Below, piece after piece: positions 10,180 to 19,232 of a stretch of 64,000 nt of DNA. A program made the translations under genes and the position numbers. Each line of letters opens with the position of its first letter. The first letter of the stretch is position 1. The stretch comes from a virus. The stretch covers positions 1 through 64,000 of IMG/VR virus record IMGVR_UViG_3300025682_000001, one strand, 5' to 3'. The notes under the pieces were generated by a model that did not search any database, had not been told where the DNA came from, and worked only from the letters and a program-made list of their open reading frames with translations.

Positions 10180-11187
10180 TCAATTCTCCAGATAATGCTT
10201 CTGGGCGTATGGATGATTCCGCCACTGCCCGATCAGATCCCATAAGCGCTCGATGTCTTCCCAGGACGTATTGGAGATTAGATCTTCCGTAGACAACCCC
10301 TGCGTATCTAGCCCGACTTCCTTAAGTTGAGCGAGCATTCTATCCGTAATTTCGCGCTGTCTGCCCGTCTCTTGAGCCATGCGCAGATTAATCATCGGCT
10401 TTAGCGCCTCCCGCACCGTGGGCGGGCTCGTGCGATTGGAATGTAGATCGACTAATCCCACCACTGGATTGTGGTGTGAGGCGTCATTTGGCATCATGTT
10501 GGAAAGCTGATCCAGCTCGGTAGCTTCATGACGATTGATCAAGTCAGTAATCCACATGCGCGCCAATTGGGAGGCAATTGGATTGTTGCGAGAAGTTCCA
10601 AAACCATGCCCGATAGCATACGGCTGCGCGAGGTTCCTTAATACAGACATGGCTTCTGCCGACAGCACCTCGTTAGGATTAACCTCGCGGCGGGCTATTA
10701 ATGCATCGTTGACCCAATCATCTACCGAAGGATAGCCTAACCCGACCCCACTGCCGGCGTTGCTCTGCACTGCTAGCATATCGGTCCTGAACTTCGGATG
10801 CGGCATGAAGGCATTATACCGCGCATACGCCAGTGGATCCGACATCCCAGCAGGGCCGCCACCGGCACGATAAGCGCTTAGCGAGTCAGGATAGTAGTGC
10901 TTGGCTACGCTATCACGCAGTGTCATTAAGTTGCGCAAAGCATACGGACGGTTGTCTTCAATGCCATATTCCACACGACCAGTCGGGGTGGGAGCTTCCA
11001 TCGCGCCGGAGAAAATACTGCGCAGGGAGTCTAGAGAGGAGGCGGGCAAGTTACTGACACCAATCGGAATAGCCCTCGTGCTGTCATCGCCTACAGCCCT
11101 AGTCAACGCTTCGCGTGCGCTCGTGGGGGTATAGCGATTTGCCCCCGCGTCAGCCTTTTCGCCCAGCAGTATGCTTAGCTTAGCCAC
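10180..11187 (-). CDS. Hypothetical protein (335 aa)
   Basis: Long ORF, tightly packed in the block. Confidence 0.6.
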   Translation of the reverse strand: MAKLSILLGEKADAGANRYTPTSAREALTRAVGDDSTRAIPIGVSNLPASSLDSLRSIFSGAMEAPTPTGRVEYGIEDNRPYALRNLMTLRDSVAKHYYPDSLSAYRAGGGPAGMSDPLAYARYNAFMPHPKFRTDMLAVQSNAGSGVGLGYPSVDDWVNDALIARREVNPNEVLSAEAMSVLRNLAQPYAIGHGFGTSRNNPIASQLARMWITDLINRHEATELDQLSNMMPNDASHHNPVVGLVDLHSNRTSPPTVREALKPMINLRMAQETGRQREITDRMLAQLKEVGLDTQGLSTEDLISNTSWEDIERLWDLIGQWRNHPYAQKHYLEN

Positions 11188-11189
11188 GG

Positions 11190-12926
11190 CTAACCCCTAG
11201 TCAACGCAACATGACGCGCATCGGGGACTAGGATGAACTGCTGGCGTACTTCAATCGTTAAAACCCCGTCGGAGGCTTCAATCATGTCACACGACCCGTC
11301 GAGGTTGTGCCGCATGGCTGATAGCCGCGTAAGGGTGGCATTAGCCACCCCAGGGGCTGATTGTATCGACTCCTCCAGCATGTGCGCGTCTATGCGTTCC
11401 AACACCTGACCGTTGACCGCCCGCGATAATACGTCTCTGATGGTTGTAGGATGCGCCGCGCCAGTGTATTCCGCCTCGACGTATAGCTCGAATGGGGCGT
11501 AACTCTTGGCGAGGTAATCATCAGTCACGTTTCGCGAGGTATCGCTGTCGAGAATTGCCTGCGCACTCGCCACGGCAGGCTCGGTGTAGTAATTCACCCT
11601 GACGTTACTGCCTATCACGCCGGCAAAGTTGAGATAGCACGAGTCACGCGTGGAGAACCTCAGGCTAGGGTTTTTAACCCCGAATGACCAATGCTCGATT
11701 GGCGTGAGAATAATCCCCGTAGGCTCGCCCTGCGCGTCTAGTAGCTGAATGTTCTCTATCCACAGGATGGGCCACGCTATCTCTCCGTGGATATGCAGAT
11801 TGCGCGGCGATATGCTTTCCGTAGCGTCAACGTTGTAAATGTCAAACGACGCCGCCGAGGGATTAGAGCCCGTCTTGATGTAGATATCGCCCATACCGCC
11901 TACATGACCGCCACGCGAGTTCCAACTTTCGGCATAGATGTAATCCACGCCGATAGTGCTATCCACGCTATTGGTAAAAGAACTAGGATAACGCGAGACG
12001 AGCAATACCTGCGCCAGATTGGCTGAAGCTCCGGAGGCAACGCCTAGGTACTTAAGCGTGTCTAAATCATAAGCCTCAAGCATGATGTTATCCGCAAAGC
12101 CGCCCGGGCCGTTGGTATGACCGTCGAACCAATCCCATCGCGAGGCTTGATAATTCCACACATACATGTCAATACCGTATTGGGCATAAGACGTGTTTGG
12201 ATCATACCCCTCGGCGTAGGCATAAGCCCTAACGGCAAACGGCTGCTCGAAGTCTTTACACACCAGGCGGTAATAACTTACAGCATGCCGCGGGTCGTGA
12301 TAACTCACCCCGATGTCGTCCCAATCCCAGAAATAGCTATCAGTCTTGCTGCAGGAGACGCCGACGTAATCACCCTGCGATTGCGGAGTGTAAGCTCCAA
12401 AGGTCAGGCTGGGCTCCAGGGGCATACTACCGGATTCATCCCAAATCCAGAAAGTCAACGCATTGGCCGAGTTGAAGTCTAGCCTGAAGTTGTAAGTCTT
12501 ATCCGCCTCGATATTTACATGACGAGCGGCGAGGTAAGACATCTCGCCCCAGCCGGTGTGGGTGACGTTTTCAAGCACCACCGTGGGGACTGCTAGGGCA
12601 TTGTCCACCACAAACACGTTTAGCATATCAGGATTAGTCGAGGGCCTTAGGGCTATGCCGTATCCGTCATAATAATGCGCAATCGCCTTAGTTACACCCT
12701 GCGGGATATCACGATACGCCGTTATGAATGCTATGCTGGGGATATCCCTGTCGTCAGTTGTCTTAAAGCTCCCCGTGATAGTTGTGCCCAGGAAGGGAGC
12801 CGTGCCGGGCAATTGACGCATTGCAATCGGAGCGGTATAGGCAAACTCCTGCTCGATAGCCTCCGGGATAAGATCATCCGGAGCATATCCCTCAAGAGCA
12901 CCACTTTCGGATATGACTATTGCCAC
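11190..12926 (-). CDS. Hypothetical protein (578 aa), probable virion protein
   Basis: Long ORF, tightly packed. Beta-rich. Confidence 0.6.
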   Translation of the reverse strand: MAIVISESGALEGYAPDDLIPEAIEQEFAYTAPIAMRQLPGTAPFLGTTITGSFKTTDDRDIPSIAFITAYRDIPQGVTKAIAHYYDGYGIALRPSTNPDMLNVFVVDNALAVPTVVLENVTHTGWGEMSYLAARHVNIEADKTYNFRLDFNSANALTFWIWDESGSMPLEPSLTFGAYTPQSQGDYVGVSCSKTDSYFWDWDDIGVSYHDPRHAVSYYRLVCKDFEQPFAVRAYAYAEGYDPNTSYAQYGIDMYVWNYQASRWDWFDGHTNGPGGFADNIMLEAYDLDTLKYLGVASGASANLAQVLLVSRYPSSFTNSVDSTIGVDYIYAESWNSRGGHVGGMGDIYIKTGSNPSAASFDIYNVDATESISPRNLHIHGEIAWPILWIENIQLLDAQGEPTGIILTPIEHWSFGVKNPSLRFSTRDSCYLNFAGVIGSNVRVNYYTEPAVASAQAILDSDTSRNVTDDYLAKSYAPFELYVEAEYTGAAHPTTIRDVLSRAVNGQVLERIDAHMLEESIQSAPGVANATLTRLSAMRHNLDGSCDMIEASDGVLTIEVRQQFILVPDARHVALTRG

Positions 12927-12930
12927 CGCT

Positions 12931-13341
12931 TTACTCCTCTGATTTATGTAATTTAACCCACTCCGGCAGGAGCGTCAACTCATCGTCATATATCTTTTTA
13001 CGAATCAGCTTGGCCGTCTTAGGCGCCATGCTGGATATCATCTTAGCCACCGAAGGGCGATAACTCTTCGGCAGGTCAACCTCAAGACCAGCCCCTCCAC
13101 CTACGGGGGAAATGTAAATCCTGTCAGCATAGAGATGGATATTAAGCCCACCCCGGCGTATCGCTACATGCTCACCATAGGGGCCGACACCGTAATGCAC
13201 GTTAGAGCCGTATCTGACATGTGTGGATTCAGCTCCCCTCCGCGGCATGGCCTGCGGCAAGCTGTTGGACACCACCGAGGAAAGATCTCCGATGGTGTCG
13301 TCGAGCGAATAGGCCAATTTTATCAGATGATGCATCACCAC
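12931..13341 (-). CDS. Hypothetical protein (136 aa), first gene of the minus-strand block
   Basis: ORF with an RBS. It is followed 5 nt later by the next gene. Confidence 0.55.
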   Translation of the reverse strand: MVMHHLIKLAYSLDDTIGDLSSVVSNSLPQAMPRRGAESTHVRYGSNVHYGVGPYGEHVAIRRGGLNIHLYADRIYISPVGGGAGLEVDLPKSYRPSVAKMISSMAPKTAKLIRKKIYDDELTLLPEWVKLHKSEE

Positions 13342-13456
13342 TCCTTACTCGATTATCTTAAACGAACTTTGTGCTAAGTCAACGCAAAATGTGGTATAAA
13401 GAATCTGAGGTGTTGAAGTGCTGTTCGTTAAGTGTTACTCAAAAGGAGGAAACATC

Positions 13457-14035
13457 ATGTCGCATCAGTTCATGTGGTATCTCTCCCGCACCTCGCGGGA
13501 GAACGCGCCCCTCGGGTATAAGATAGCCTGGAGCCTGGCAATGTGCTCCATGGCAATCCTGCTCGGACTCCTGTGCGCCATCCTCGACATCGCCGAGGCG
13601 CCGACCTGGGCGCACGTCGCCCTCTGGGTGGCCAGCGTAGCACTCATCGTAGACGCGGGCCTCTACACCATCCTGCCTGGGGTGGTGATGGAGTCCTGCA
13701 AGCAGGTCACACGGGCTTGCGAGGAGGCATCCCGTTGGCCGAAGAGCGTCGCGGAATCCCTCAAGCTCACCAACGGGATCGCGGTCTTCCTCGCGTGCGC
13801 TACATTCGCCGGCTTCGCCCATCTCATGATGATGCCGGTATATTCCAATCCGCCTGACCGGTTTATCCTCTGGGTCATGGGCTCCCTGCTCATGATCCTC
13901 ATCTGCATACCGGGAGGGCACCACGTGGTAAACGCCAGCCTTTTGCCGTGGAAGAGCTACGGCATTAGGCTCAATATACAAGCCAACCTCACCGAACTCC
14001 TCGATGAGGCTCCGGAAGAGGAGGGATACTGGTGA
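13457..14035 (+). CDS. Multi-pass membrane protein (about 192 aa), moron-like
   Basis: ATG at 13457 preceded by AAAGGAGG. Several hydrophobic helices (WSLAMCSMAILLGLLCAIL, VALWVASVALIVDAGLY, IAVFLACATFAGFAHLMMM, ILWVMGSLLMILICI). Lone plus-strand gene among minus-strand genes. Visibly more GC-rich than its neighbours. Confidence 0.65.
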   Translation: MSHQFMWYLSRTSRENAPLGYKIAWSLAMCSMAILLGLLCAILDIAEAPTWAHVALWVASVALIVDAGLYTILPGVVMESCKQVTRACEEASRWPKSVAESLKLTNGIAVFLACATFAGFAHLMMMPVYSNPPDRFILWVMGSLLMILICIPGGHHVVNASLLPWKSYGIRLNIQANLTELLDEAPEEEGYW

Positions 14036-14077
14036 AGATCAGGAAAGGAGATGGAGACATGTACCGTTCTCCGATAC

Positions 14078-15358
14078 CTACTGAAATCTACCATGAGATT
14101 CCAAGCTCGGTTCCTGCATCTTCGAGGCTGCTTGCGATACTGCTGCAAGTCTTACGTCGCTCTCCGCAGGCGTTTGCCTTTCGGCCTGTTCCCGCCGAAC
14201 TGGCGGTACAGCCAAACTCTTTAGATTTAGCGCCGCATTCAAATCCCTGTCCAACACAGCGCCACAATCACAAGTCCATTCTCGGTCAGACAATTTCAGT
14301 TCCGAATTGATACATCCGCAGTGTCGGCATAGACGCGATGATGGAAAGAATCTATCCGCAAGCATCAATTCCGAGCCATACCAGACACTTTTGTATTCTA
14401 GTTGTCTACGAAACTCGGCGAATCCAACATCGCTTATTGCCTGTGCCAAACAGTGATTTGCCAACATACCAGACACGTTCAGGTCTTCCAGGACGATCAT
14501 ACTTGGTCGCTCGCTATCGGGCTTGGATTTCGCCACGATAGCCGATGTAGCCTTGTGCAAGCTGTCACGTCGGATGTTAGCTATTCTTTGGTGTACTTTT
14601 GCAACTTTCTTCCGTGTCTTTTCTCGGTTCTTGCCACCTTTCTTTCGTCTTGATAGTTCGCGCTGGAGTCGCTTTAACTTCGCTTGTGCTTTCTTCAACG
14701 GTTTCGGGTTCTCGAATCTTGTCTCATCACTGGTCACAGCCAAGTCTTTGATACCCAAGTCAACGCCTACAGGTTCTCTGGTTGCCTGAGTAACTTCTAT
14801 TTCCTGTCGGCATTGAACGCTAACAAACCAACGACCAGCAGATTCGGAAACCGTAACAGACAAGATATGGATACCGTCAATTGGAATGTAGCCATGCTCC
14901 TTTAGCCTCAGCCATCCAATACGAGGGAACTTGATTTGGTCATTCTCAACATGGATAGCTCCGGTAAGCCTAAAGCTACCAATACCGTTCTTGCGACTTT
15001 TGAATTTTGGAAAGCCCGGTTTCTCGCCAGCCTTCACTCGGCGGAAGAAGTTCTGATACGCCTTGTCCAAATCGCGTAAGGCTTCTTGGGGGGCTGCCTT
15101 GCTGACCTCGTACAACCAGGGGAAATCCGTCTTTTTTAGCGCGTTCAATTGCCGATGCTGCTCGATAGCATTGCTCGATTTGTTTGTTTCCTCATATTCT
15201 TGCTTTCGCCGTGCAAGTCCCCAGTTCCAGGCAAATCGAGTAGCGCCCGCGTGTTTCAGTAAAGCAGTTCGCTGAACATTATTTGGGTCAAGTTCGACCT
15301 TATATGCTCTAAGAATTTCCACTGGCCTTTTTCCTTCGCTCGGCTGAACGCTTCCCAT
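14078..15358 (-). CDS. tnpB: TnpB (IS605 OrfB family, RuvC-type RNA-guided nuclease)
   Basis: VGVDLGIKDLAV, MIVLEDLNVSGM, DRDLNAALNL. Zn finger CRHCG...CDCG. Confidence 0.9.
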   Translation of the reverse strand: MGSVQPSEGKRPVEILRAYKVELDPNNVQRTALLKHAGATRFAWNWGLARRKQEYEETNKSSNAIEQHRQLNALKKTDFPWLYEVSKAAPQEALRDLDKAYQNFFRRVKAGEKPGFPKFKSRKNGIGSFRLTGAIHVENDQIKFPRIGWLRLKEHGYIPIDGIHILSVTVSESAGRWFVSVQCRQEIEVTQATREPVGVDLGIKDLAVTSDETRFENPKPLKKAQAKLKRLQRELSRRKKGGKNREKTRKKVAKVHQRIANIRRDSLHKATSAIVAKSKPDSERPSMIVLEDLNVSGMLANHCLAQAISDVGFAEFRRQLEYKSVWYGSELMLADRFFPSSRLCRHCGCINSELKLSDREWTCDCGAVLDRDLNAALNLKSLAVPPVRREQAERQTPAESDVRLAAVSQAASKMQEPSLESHGRFQ

Positions 15359-15932
15359 AAATCTTGGCTGAAAATGACGAAAGCAAAGACAGCATATCCT
15401 CTACCAGTTCTGCCTCATAGGACTTTGGCAAAACCTCTTCGCACCACTCGATGGCAACTCCGTGACTTTCAAACAGCTTGACGAAGATACCAAAATTGAA
15501 ACGCGCAAGTCGATCTTTGTGCTCTATAACCAAGCGATTGATCTTCTGCTCAACGGCCAGGTCTATCAGCTTGTGCAGTTTTGGGCGGTTGTCGTTCATG
15601 CCAGACAGCGTTTCCTCGAACACATAGCCAACACGGTATTGTTTACTGGCACAATGCTCAAGGAGTCGTAACTTCTGACGTTCTAAATCGCCTTTCTGCT
15701 TCTGGTCGTGACTGCTAACGCGGGCATACACTGCAACGCAATCATTGGGAGGATTATCTTCTGATACCACGCCTTGAAGTTGCTCAATATCTTCAATGCG
15801 GTATCTCCGATGTCCGCCCTTTGTGCGTTCTGCCTTCAATGCGCCTGAATCATCCCACGCTCGAAGCGTAGAGATGCCAACGCCAAGAAGCTCAGCAGCT
15901 TTCGCTATCCCAATCAGTCTCTTGCTTGTCAT
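15309..15932 (-). CDS. tnpA: IS607-type serine recombinase transposase
   Basis: Trimmed to the Met at 15932 (MTSKRLIGIAKAAELLGVGISTLRAW...GGHRRY). Catalytic motif VAVYARVSSHDQ. Resolvase core LVIEHKDRLARFN. Confidence 0.85.
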   Translation of the reverse strand: MTSKRLIGIAKAAELLGVGISTLRAWDDSGALKAERTKGGHRRYRIEDIEQLQGVVSEDNPPNDCVAVYARVSSHDQKQKGDLERQKLRLLEHCASKQYRVGYVFEETLSGMNDNRPKLHKLIDLAVEQKINRLVIEHKDRLARFNFGIFVKLFESHGVAIEWCEEVLPKSYEAELVEDMLSLLSSFSAKIYGKRSAERRKKASGNS

Positions 15933-16089
15933 CCAATTCCTTCTCGAAAAGTTCTCGCCAATGGTCGTAGATACGCTGAAATTCCTCGTTGGTGGGAACC
16001 TCATCGAGTTCAAACGGGTGCTGGTAAATCCGCCCGTCATTAAGTTCAAACTCAGTCTTGGTTACTCGTGTGACCATCGCCTTTTTCAT
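15892..16089 (-). CDS. Small IS607-associated ORF (65 aa), homologue of 1879-2100
   Basis: RBS GGAGGTG before the ATG. Overlaps the tnpA start. Shares N(D/G)(G/E)R...PFE...P...W with the copy A ORF. Confidence 0.5.
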   Translation of the reverse strand: MKKAMVTRVTKTEFELNDGRIYQHPFELDEVPTNEEFQRIYDHWRELFEKELDDKQETDWDSESC

Positions 16090-16181
16090 CCTTCACCTCC
16101 AATTATACTAAAAGATTTTGATAGTGTCAAGTAGATTGTAGTAGGTTATCTGCTAACTGTTAGTACCCCCCGTTAAAGTGA

Positions 16182-16520
16182 TTAACCCAGGCTCCTCGGC
16201 CCAGGCACGCCAACACTAGATGCAGTAAACGGCCTCAAGGTATCTCGCAACGCGTCAAGCTTGCCCGCCTGCTCCGGCTGCTTCTGAGGCTGCTGCAATG
16301 GACTCGATTGCGCCGGTATGCTGTTAGGACCACCCGCGGATCGCTGTATCATCGCCTGACGCTGCTGAGCAGCACGCTCCAACAATAACTGCTGCAGCCG
16401 CTGATTCTGCATGTACATCGCCGAGTACGGCGTAGTAAAACTCCCCCCAACAGCATTGAGCGGAGACATCGCCCCCACTACGGCAACCTTCAGCATCTCA
16501 GATAGGCGGCTCATATCCAA
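16182..16520 (-). CDS. Hypothetical Gln/Met-rich protein; its N-terminus resembles the SxLxxLK/RAKLA family
   Basis: 112-aa ORF overlapping the stop of the upstream gene. N-terminus MDMSRLSEMLKVAVVG is similar to MGRLSGMLKVAQ at 53212. Confidence 0.55.
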   Translation of the reverse strand: MDMSRLSEMLKVAVVGAMSPLNAVGGSFTTPYSAMYMQNQRLQQLLLERAAQQRQAMIQRSAGGPNSIPAQSSPLQQPQKQPEQAGKLDALRDTLRPFTASSVGVPGPRSLG

Positions 16521-17571
16521 ACTCCTTCAGCTTAGCATCCGTGAGGTTGTACTCATGCGCAAGGTTAGACCAAAAGGTCTGTATCACCGTCGCACGATGC
16601 TCCGCATCATCCTCACCATGCTCTTTGTCCCAATTAATCATGCCACCATAGAATTGGTCAACACGATTCTGTATCACCTTACGCCTCATCTCTTCCTCAC
16701 GCGTTATCTGACCATCTATGTATTGCGGCCAATCCGTACGCAAAAACTCCGGACGCACCCACGTGACACGCCGCAACTTGTCCCGTACTTCCTCGTCCTT
16801 CAGCCTTAGTATAAAAGAACGCGAAATCTTGTCCATTGATACGTTGTGCTCTTTAGCCGCCACACCGAATACTTCAAGCAACGTGCGCGACCAGCGGTCT
16901 TTTAAGCCACCAGCTAGAGATAATCCTAAAGCCTTGCCCGTACTCGTTAGAGCACGCATAGCCCTAGATACCACGGCTATGTCTTCAGCATTCTGCTCAG
17001 TTAAACCACCACCGCCATGCTTCTCGAGTATCTCCTTCTCCTTCTTAGTCGTGCGGTGTGTTATCGCCGGCATAACGTCAGGACCGGATACTATCACGTT
17101 ATTCGCCTCGTCTTCATTGTCAATCAGCTCCTTTAACAGAGCAGCGCGTTCAGCCTCTTCAGCCGCTCTCGCGGCTTCCTTAGCTTTCTTGGCTCTAGCA
17201 CCCGCCTTGCCGAATTCAACAAGACGATTATGCCTAGCCAACTGCTGGTCATATATAGCAGCAAGTCTGGTTATGACGATGTTGTACATCAAGCCGTCAG
17301 ATGTCTTTTTCGTCTTCAGCTCGATTCTATTACGCTTAGCTAATTCAGCTAACCCGCGCTGCGCGCCTTCTGCATCACCACTGGCGATTACGCTTAACTC
17401 ATCCACGCTTATGTTAAGACGTCCACCGTGTTTCCACGCCTTACACATAAGGCGCATCAACAGCCCCTGCGCTTCTAAACCGCAAATCGCCAATTTATCG
17501 TCACTCATCCAATCGTTATGATAAAGCGGGAACCAATCCCATCTATCTACTCCTCTAAGCCGTGGTGTCAT
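16498..17571 (-). CDS. DUF1376/YdaU-like phage replication-associated protein
   Basis: N-terminus WDWFPLYHNDWMSDDKLAICGLEAQGLLMRLMCKAW matches the DUF1376 pattern (W-FP-Y--DW--D------L---G-Y--LL). Lies beside the iteron array. Confidence 0.55.
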   Translation of the reverse strand: MTPRLRGVDRWDWFPLYHNDWMSDDKLAICGLEAQGLLMRLMCKAWKHGGRLNISVDELSVIASGDAEGAQRGLAELAKRNRIELKTKKTSDGLMYNIVITRLAAIYDQQLARHNRLVEFGKAGARAKKAKEAARAAEEAERAALLKELIDNEDEANNVIVSGPDVMPAITHRTTKKEKEILEKHGGGGLTEQNAEDIAVVSRAMRALTSTGKALGLSLAGGLKDRWSRTLLEVFGVAAKEHNVSMDKISRSFILRLKDEEVRDKLRRVTWVRPEFLRTDWPQYIDGQITREEEMRRKVIQNRVDQFYGGMINWDKEHGEDDAEHRATVIQTFWSNLAHEYNLTDAKLKEFGYEPPI

Positions 17572-17767
17572 CTATCTGCCCTCGTTTCCCCATTCCCCTT
17601 AGTCTGGTTAGGGGCGCTGGGCATGAGAGGGGAAACCCATGCCCAGCATAGGTGGGTGACTTATGTCCACCTGCCCCAGCGCCTCGATAATGCAAAAGGT
17701 TCCTGGAGGTGTCAAGGGGGTATCTGTTCTTTTTCCCTTTTCAAAGCTGTTGCTAGGTCCGGAAGCG

Positions 17768-17793
17768 TTTCCTATTTCCTATTTCCTATTTCA
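17768..17793. repeat. Tandem heptamer (TTTCCTA) x3 plus a partial copy
   Basis: Read directly: tttcctatttcctatttcctatttca. Confidence 0.9.
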
Positions 17794-17836
17794 TTCTCCT
17801 TTCTCTTTTAGCAAAGCACCCCTAAAATGTATCGTC

Positions 17837-18334
17837 TTGAGGGTTTCAAAATTACGAAATCGGCTGTACGCAAAAATGGCGTCGTTTTTCGGGAGGAAAA
17901 TAAGAATAATTCTTAATAAGAAAAAGTCGGTCGTTTTTTCGAGCTTCGCGTTTTCCGCATAACAGATTGCGTTTTATCCACTTACAAGAATCTCGACAAT
18001 TCTCAAAATGCCAAAATTGGTCAAAACGCGTAACGCCTTGAGGGTTTCAAAGATACGGATTTGCGTCTTCGTAACGCCTTGAGGGTTTCAAAGATACGCG
18101 ATCGAGAAAAATCACTTTTTGGAGCAATTTTTAGAGGCCGCGCGCGTATCGTGTTGAGGGTTTCAAAGATACGTTTTTCGATGCTTGAACATGTTGCGGC
18201 AGTTGAAGATAAGAATTTGCAATCGCGTATCGTGTTGAGGGTTTTAAAAATACGCGATTTTAGAGGTTAACTCATTGTTGATTATGCATTTGCAAATTGC
18301 ATTCTCGTAGCGTGTTGAGGGTTTTAAAAATACG
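17837..18334. repeat. Six dispersed direct repeats (iteron-like), core TTGAGGGTTT(C/T)AAA(G/A)(A/T)TACG
   Basis: Cores start at 17837, 18038, 18079, 18154, 18235 and 18315 (spacings 201, 41, 75, 81, 80). Copies 4-5 are flanked by inverted arms CGTATC...GATACG. The intervening DNA is AT-rich and ORF-free. Lies between divergent gene blocks. Confidence 0.85.
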
Positions 18335-18483
18335 GATTTCGCATTTGCAATGTGTTGTCAGTTGACATGTTACAAAACGGATTTTGGGGCGTCGCCGGTC
18401 CAGAAAAACGCTTGTCGAGACGATGCTGGGCGGGGCGGGCTTGTAACTAGTTTGTAATCCATAAGATACCCAATCGTGAAAAA

Positions 18484-18510
18484 TCGAGAAAAATTCTGAA
18501 ATTTTCTCGA
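18484..18510. promoter_or_regulatory. Imperfect inverted repeat (operator-like) upstream of the plus-strand early block
   Basis: TCGAGAAAAATT-ctg-AAATTTTCTCGA. A half-site copy (ATCGAGAAAAAT) is also at about 18100. A TATAAA box at about 18584 follows. Confidence 0.45.
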
Positions 18511-18632
18511 CAAAAACGCGGCGGAGGAATGACGGGAAATTTCGACAAATGGCATCCCTCTCCCAAACCCTCCATTCTTGAGGTATAAATAACTCGATGG
18601 TGCATAGTCATTTACACAGAAGGAGGACTCCA

Positions 18633-18920
18633 GTGGAGGAAATTTCGTGGAAAGACATGAAACCGGGCCGTCACTATGTGGTGGTGAAGCCGAGCAAGGA
18701 CAAGACTTTTCGGAAGGGTGACCACGTAGAGTGGTGGCAGGGAACGCGTTCGCAGTATGGCATCTCTTGCCGTGAGGCGCAGGGGTGGATAGACGGTGAA
18801 GATCTCGAAGAAGCTGCCGAGGGTATGACAGTTACCCTTGACACAGATTGGGCGAAAGACAAGTTGGCTTCGCTCAAAAAGCAGATCACTTACCTCAAGA
18901 GGAATTACCCCGGGCTTTAG
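18633..18920 (+). CDS. Hypothetical early protein
   Basis: GTG at 18633 lies 6 nt after AAGGAGG. The ORF track extends to an upstream ATG at 18597 that has no RBS. Confidence 0.6.
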   Translation: MEEISWKDMKPGRHYVVVKPSKDKTFRKGDHVEWWQGTRSQYGISCREAQGWIDGEDLEEAAEGMTVTLDTDWAKDKLASLKKQITYLKRNYPGL

Positions 18921-18932
18921 GGAGGTCCGTAC

Positions 18933-19232
18933 ATGTTCATGGACAGCGTGTTACACCTCGTGGATCTGATATCGAGTGGAGCTTCGACTCTGGAGTTAGC
19001 CAGCGCGGCTGATTCCGTAGTGCAGGCTTGGCCGTTGGATGATCAGGAGGAGTTCGACACCGGCATGGCGTTCGTCTTTGCCGCCTGTATGAGTAACACC
19101 GACTTCATAGCGTTGGCGGCTCTAGGCGAGCTTCTCCAGCGAGTGCAGCCGGATAACCTCGTCAAGGTCTTAGAAAAGCTCAAGGAGGCGGCTGCAGCAG
19201 CCATTGAGGAGCTGGAGGGGAGCGATGTCTAG
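18933..19232 (+). CDS. Hypothetical acidic protein (99 aa)
   Basis: ORF with a GGAGG RBS, tightly packed. Confidence 0.6.
   Translation: MFMDSVLHLVDLISSGASTLELASAADSVVQAWPLDDQEEFDTGMAFVFAACMSNTDFIALAALGELLQRVQPDNLVKVLEKLKEAAAAAIEELEGSDV

Larger units (their letters stand above)
14036..16181 (-). mobile_element. IS607-family insertion sequence, copy B (small ORF + serine-recombinase tnpA + tnpB); boundaries approximate
   Basis: Same three-gene organisation as copy A, but the proteins are clearly diverged. Both share TGTCAAGT(G/A)G upstream of the small ORF. Confidence 0.75.

Noticed and set aside
13439-13981. 180-aa minus-strand ORF, plus 13543-13857 and 13663-13908, overlapping the membrane-protein gene
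   Set aside because: These are Arg/His/Gly/Pro-rich translations typical of off-frame GC-rich DNA. Only the plus-strand frame starting at 13457 has an RBS and coherent transmembrane helices.
16718-17521. 267-aa plus-strand ORF antisense to the DUF1376-like gene
   Set aside because: It is Ser/Leu/Ala-rich low-complexity sequence with no RBS. The minus-strand frame carries a recognisable domain and is coupled to its neighbours.
17611-17687. tRNA-like element (about 77 nt with stems)
   Set aside because: It has only two internal hairpins, no T-loop (GTTCRANYC) or D-loop consensus, and no acceptor or anticodon geometry.
18061-18270. 69-aa ORF, plus 17518-17962 ORFs, inside the iteron region
   Set aside because: These frames are created by the repeated iteron sequence itself (LRVSKIR repeats). 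They have no RBS and lie in AT-rich non-coding context.
17837-18334. CRISPR array
   Set aside because: The repeats are about 20-29 bp with irregular spacing (41 to 201 bp) and sequence drift, and no cas genes are present. The pattern fits iterons or binding sites, not a CRISPR array.
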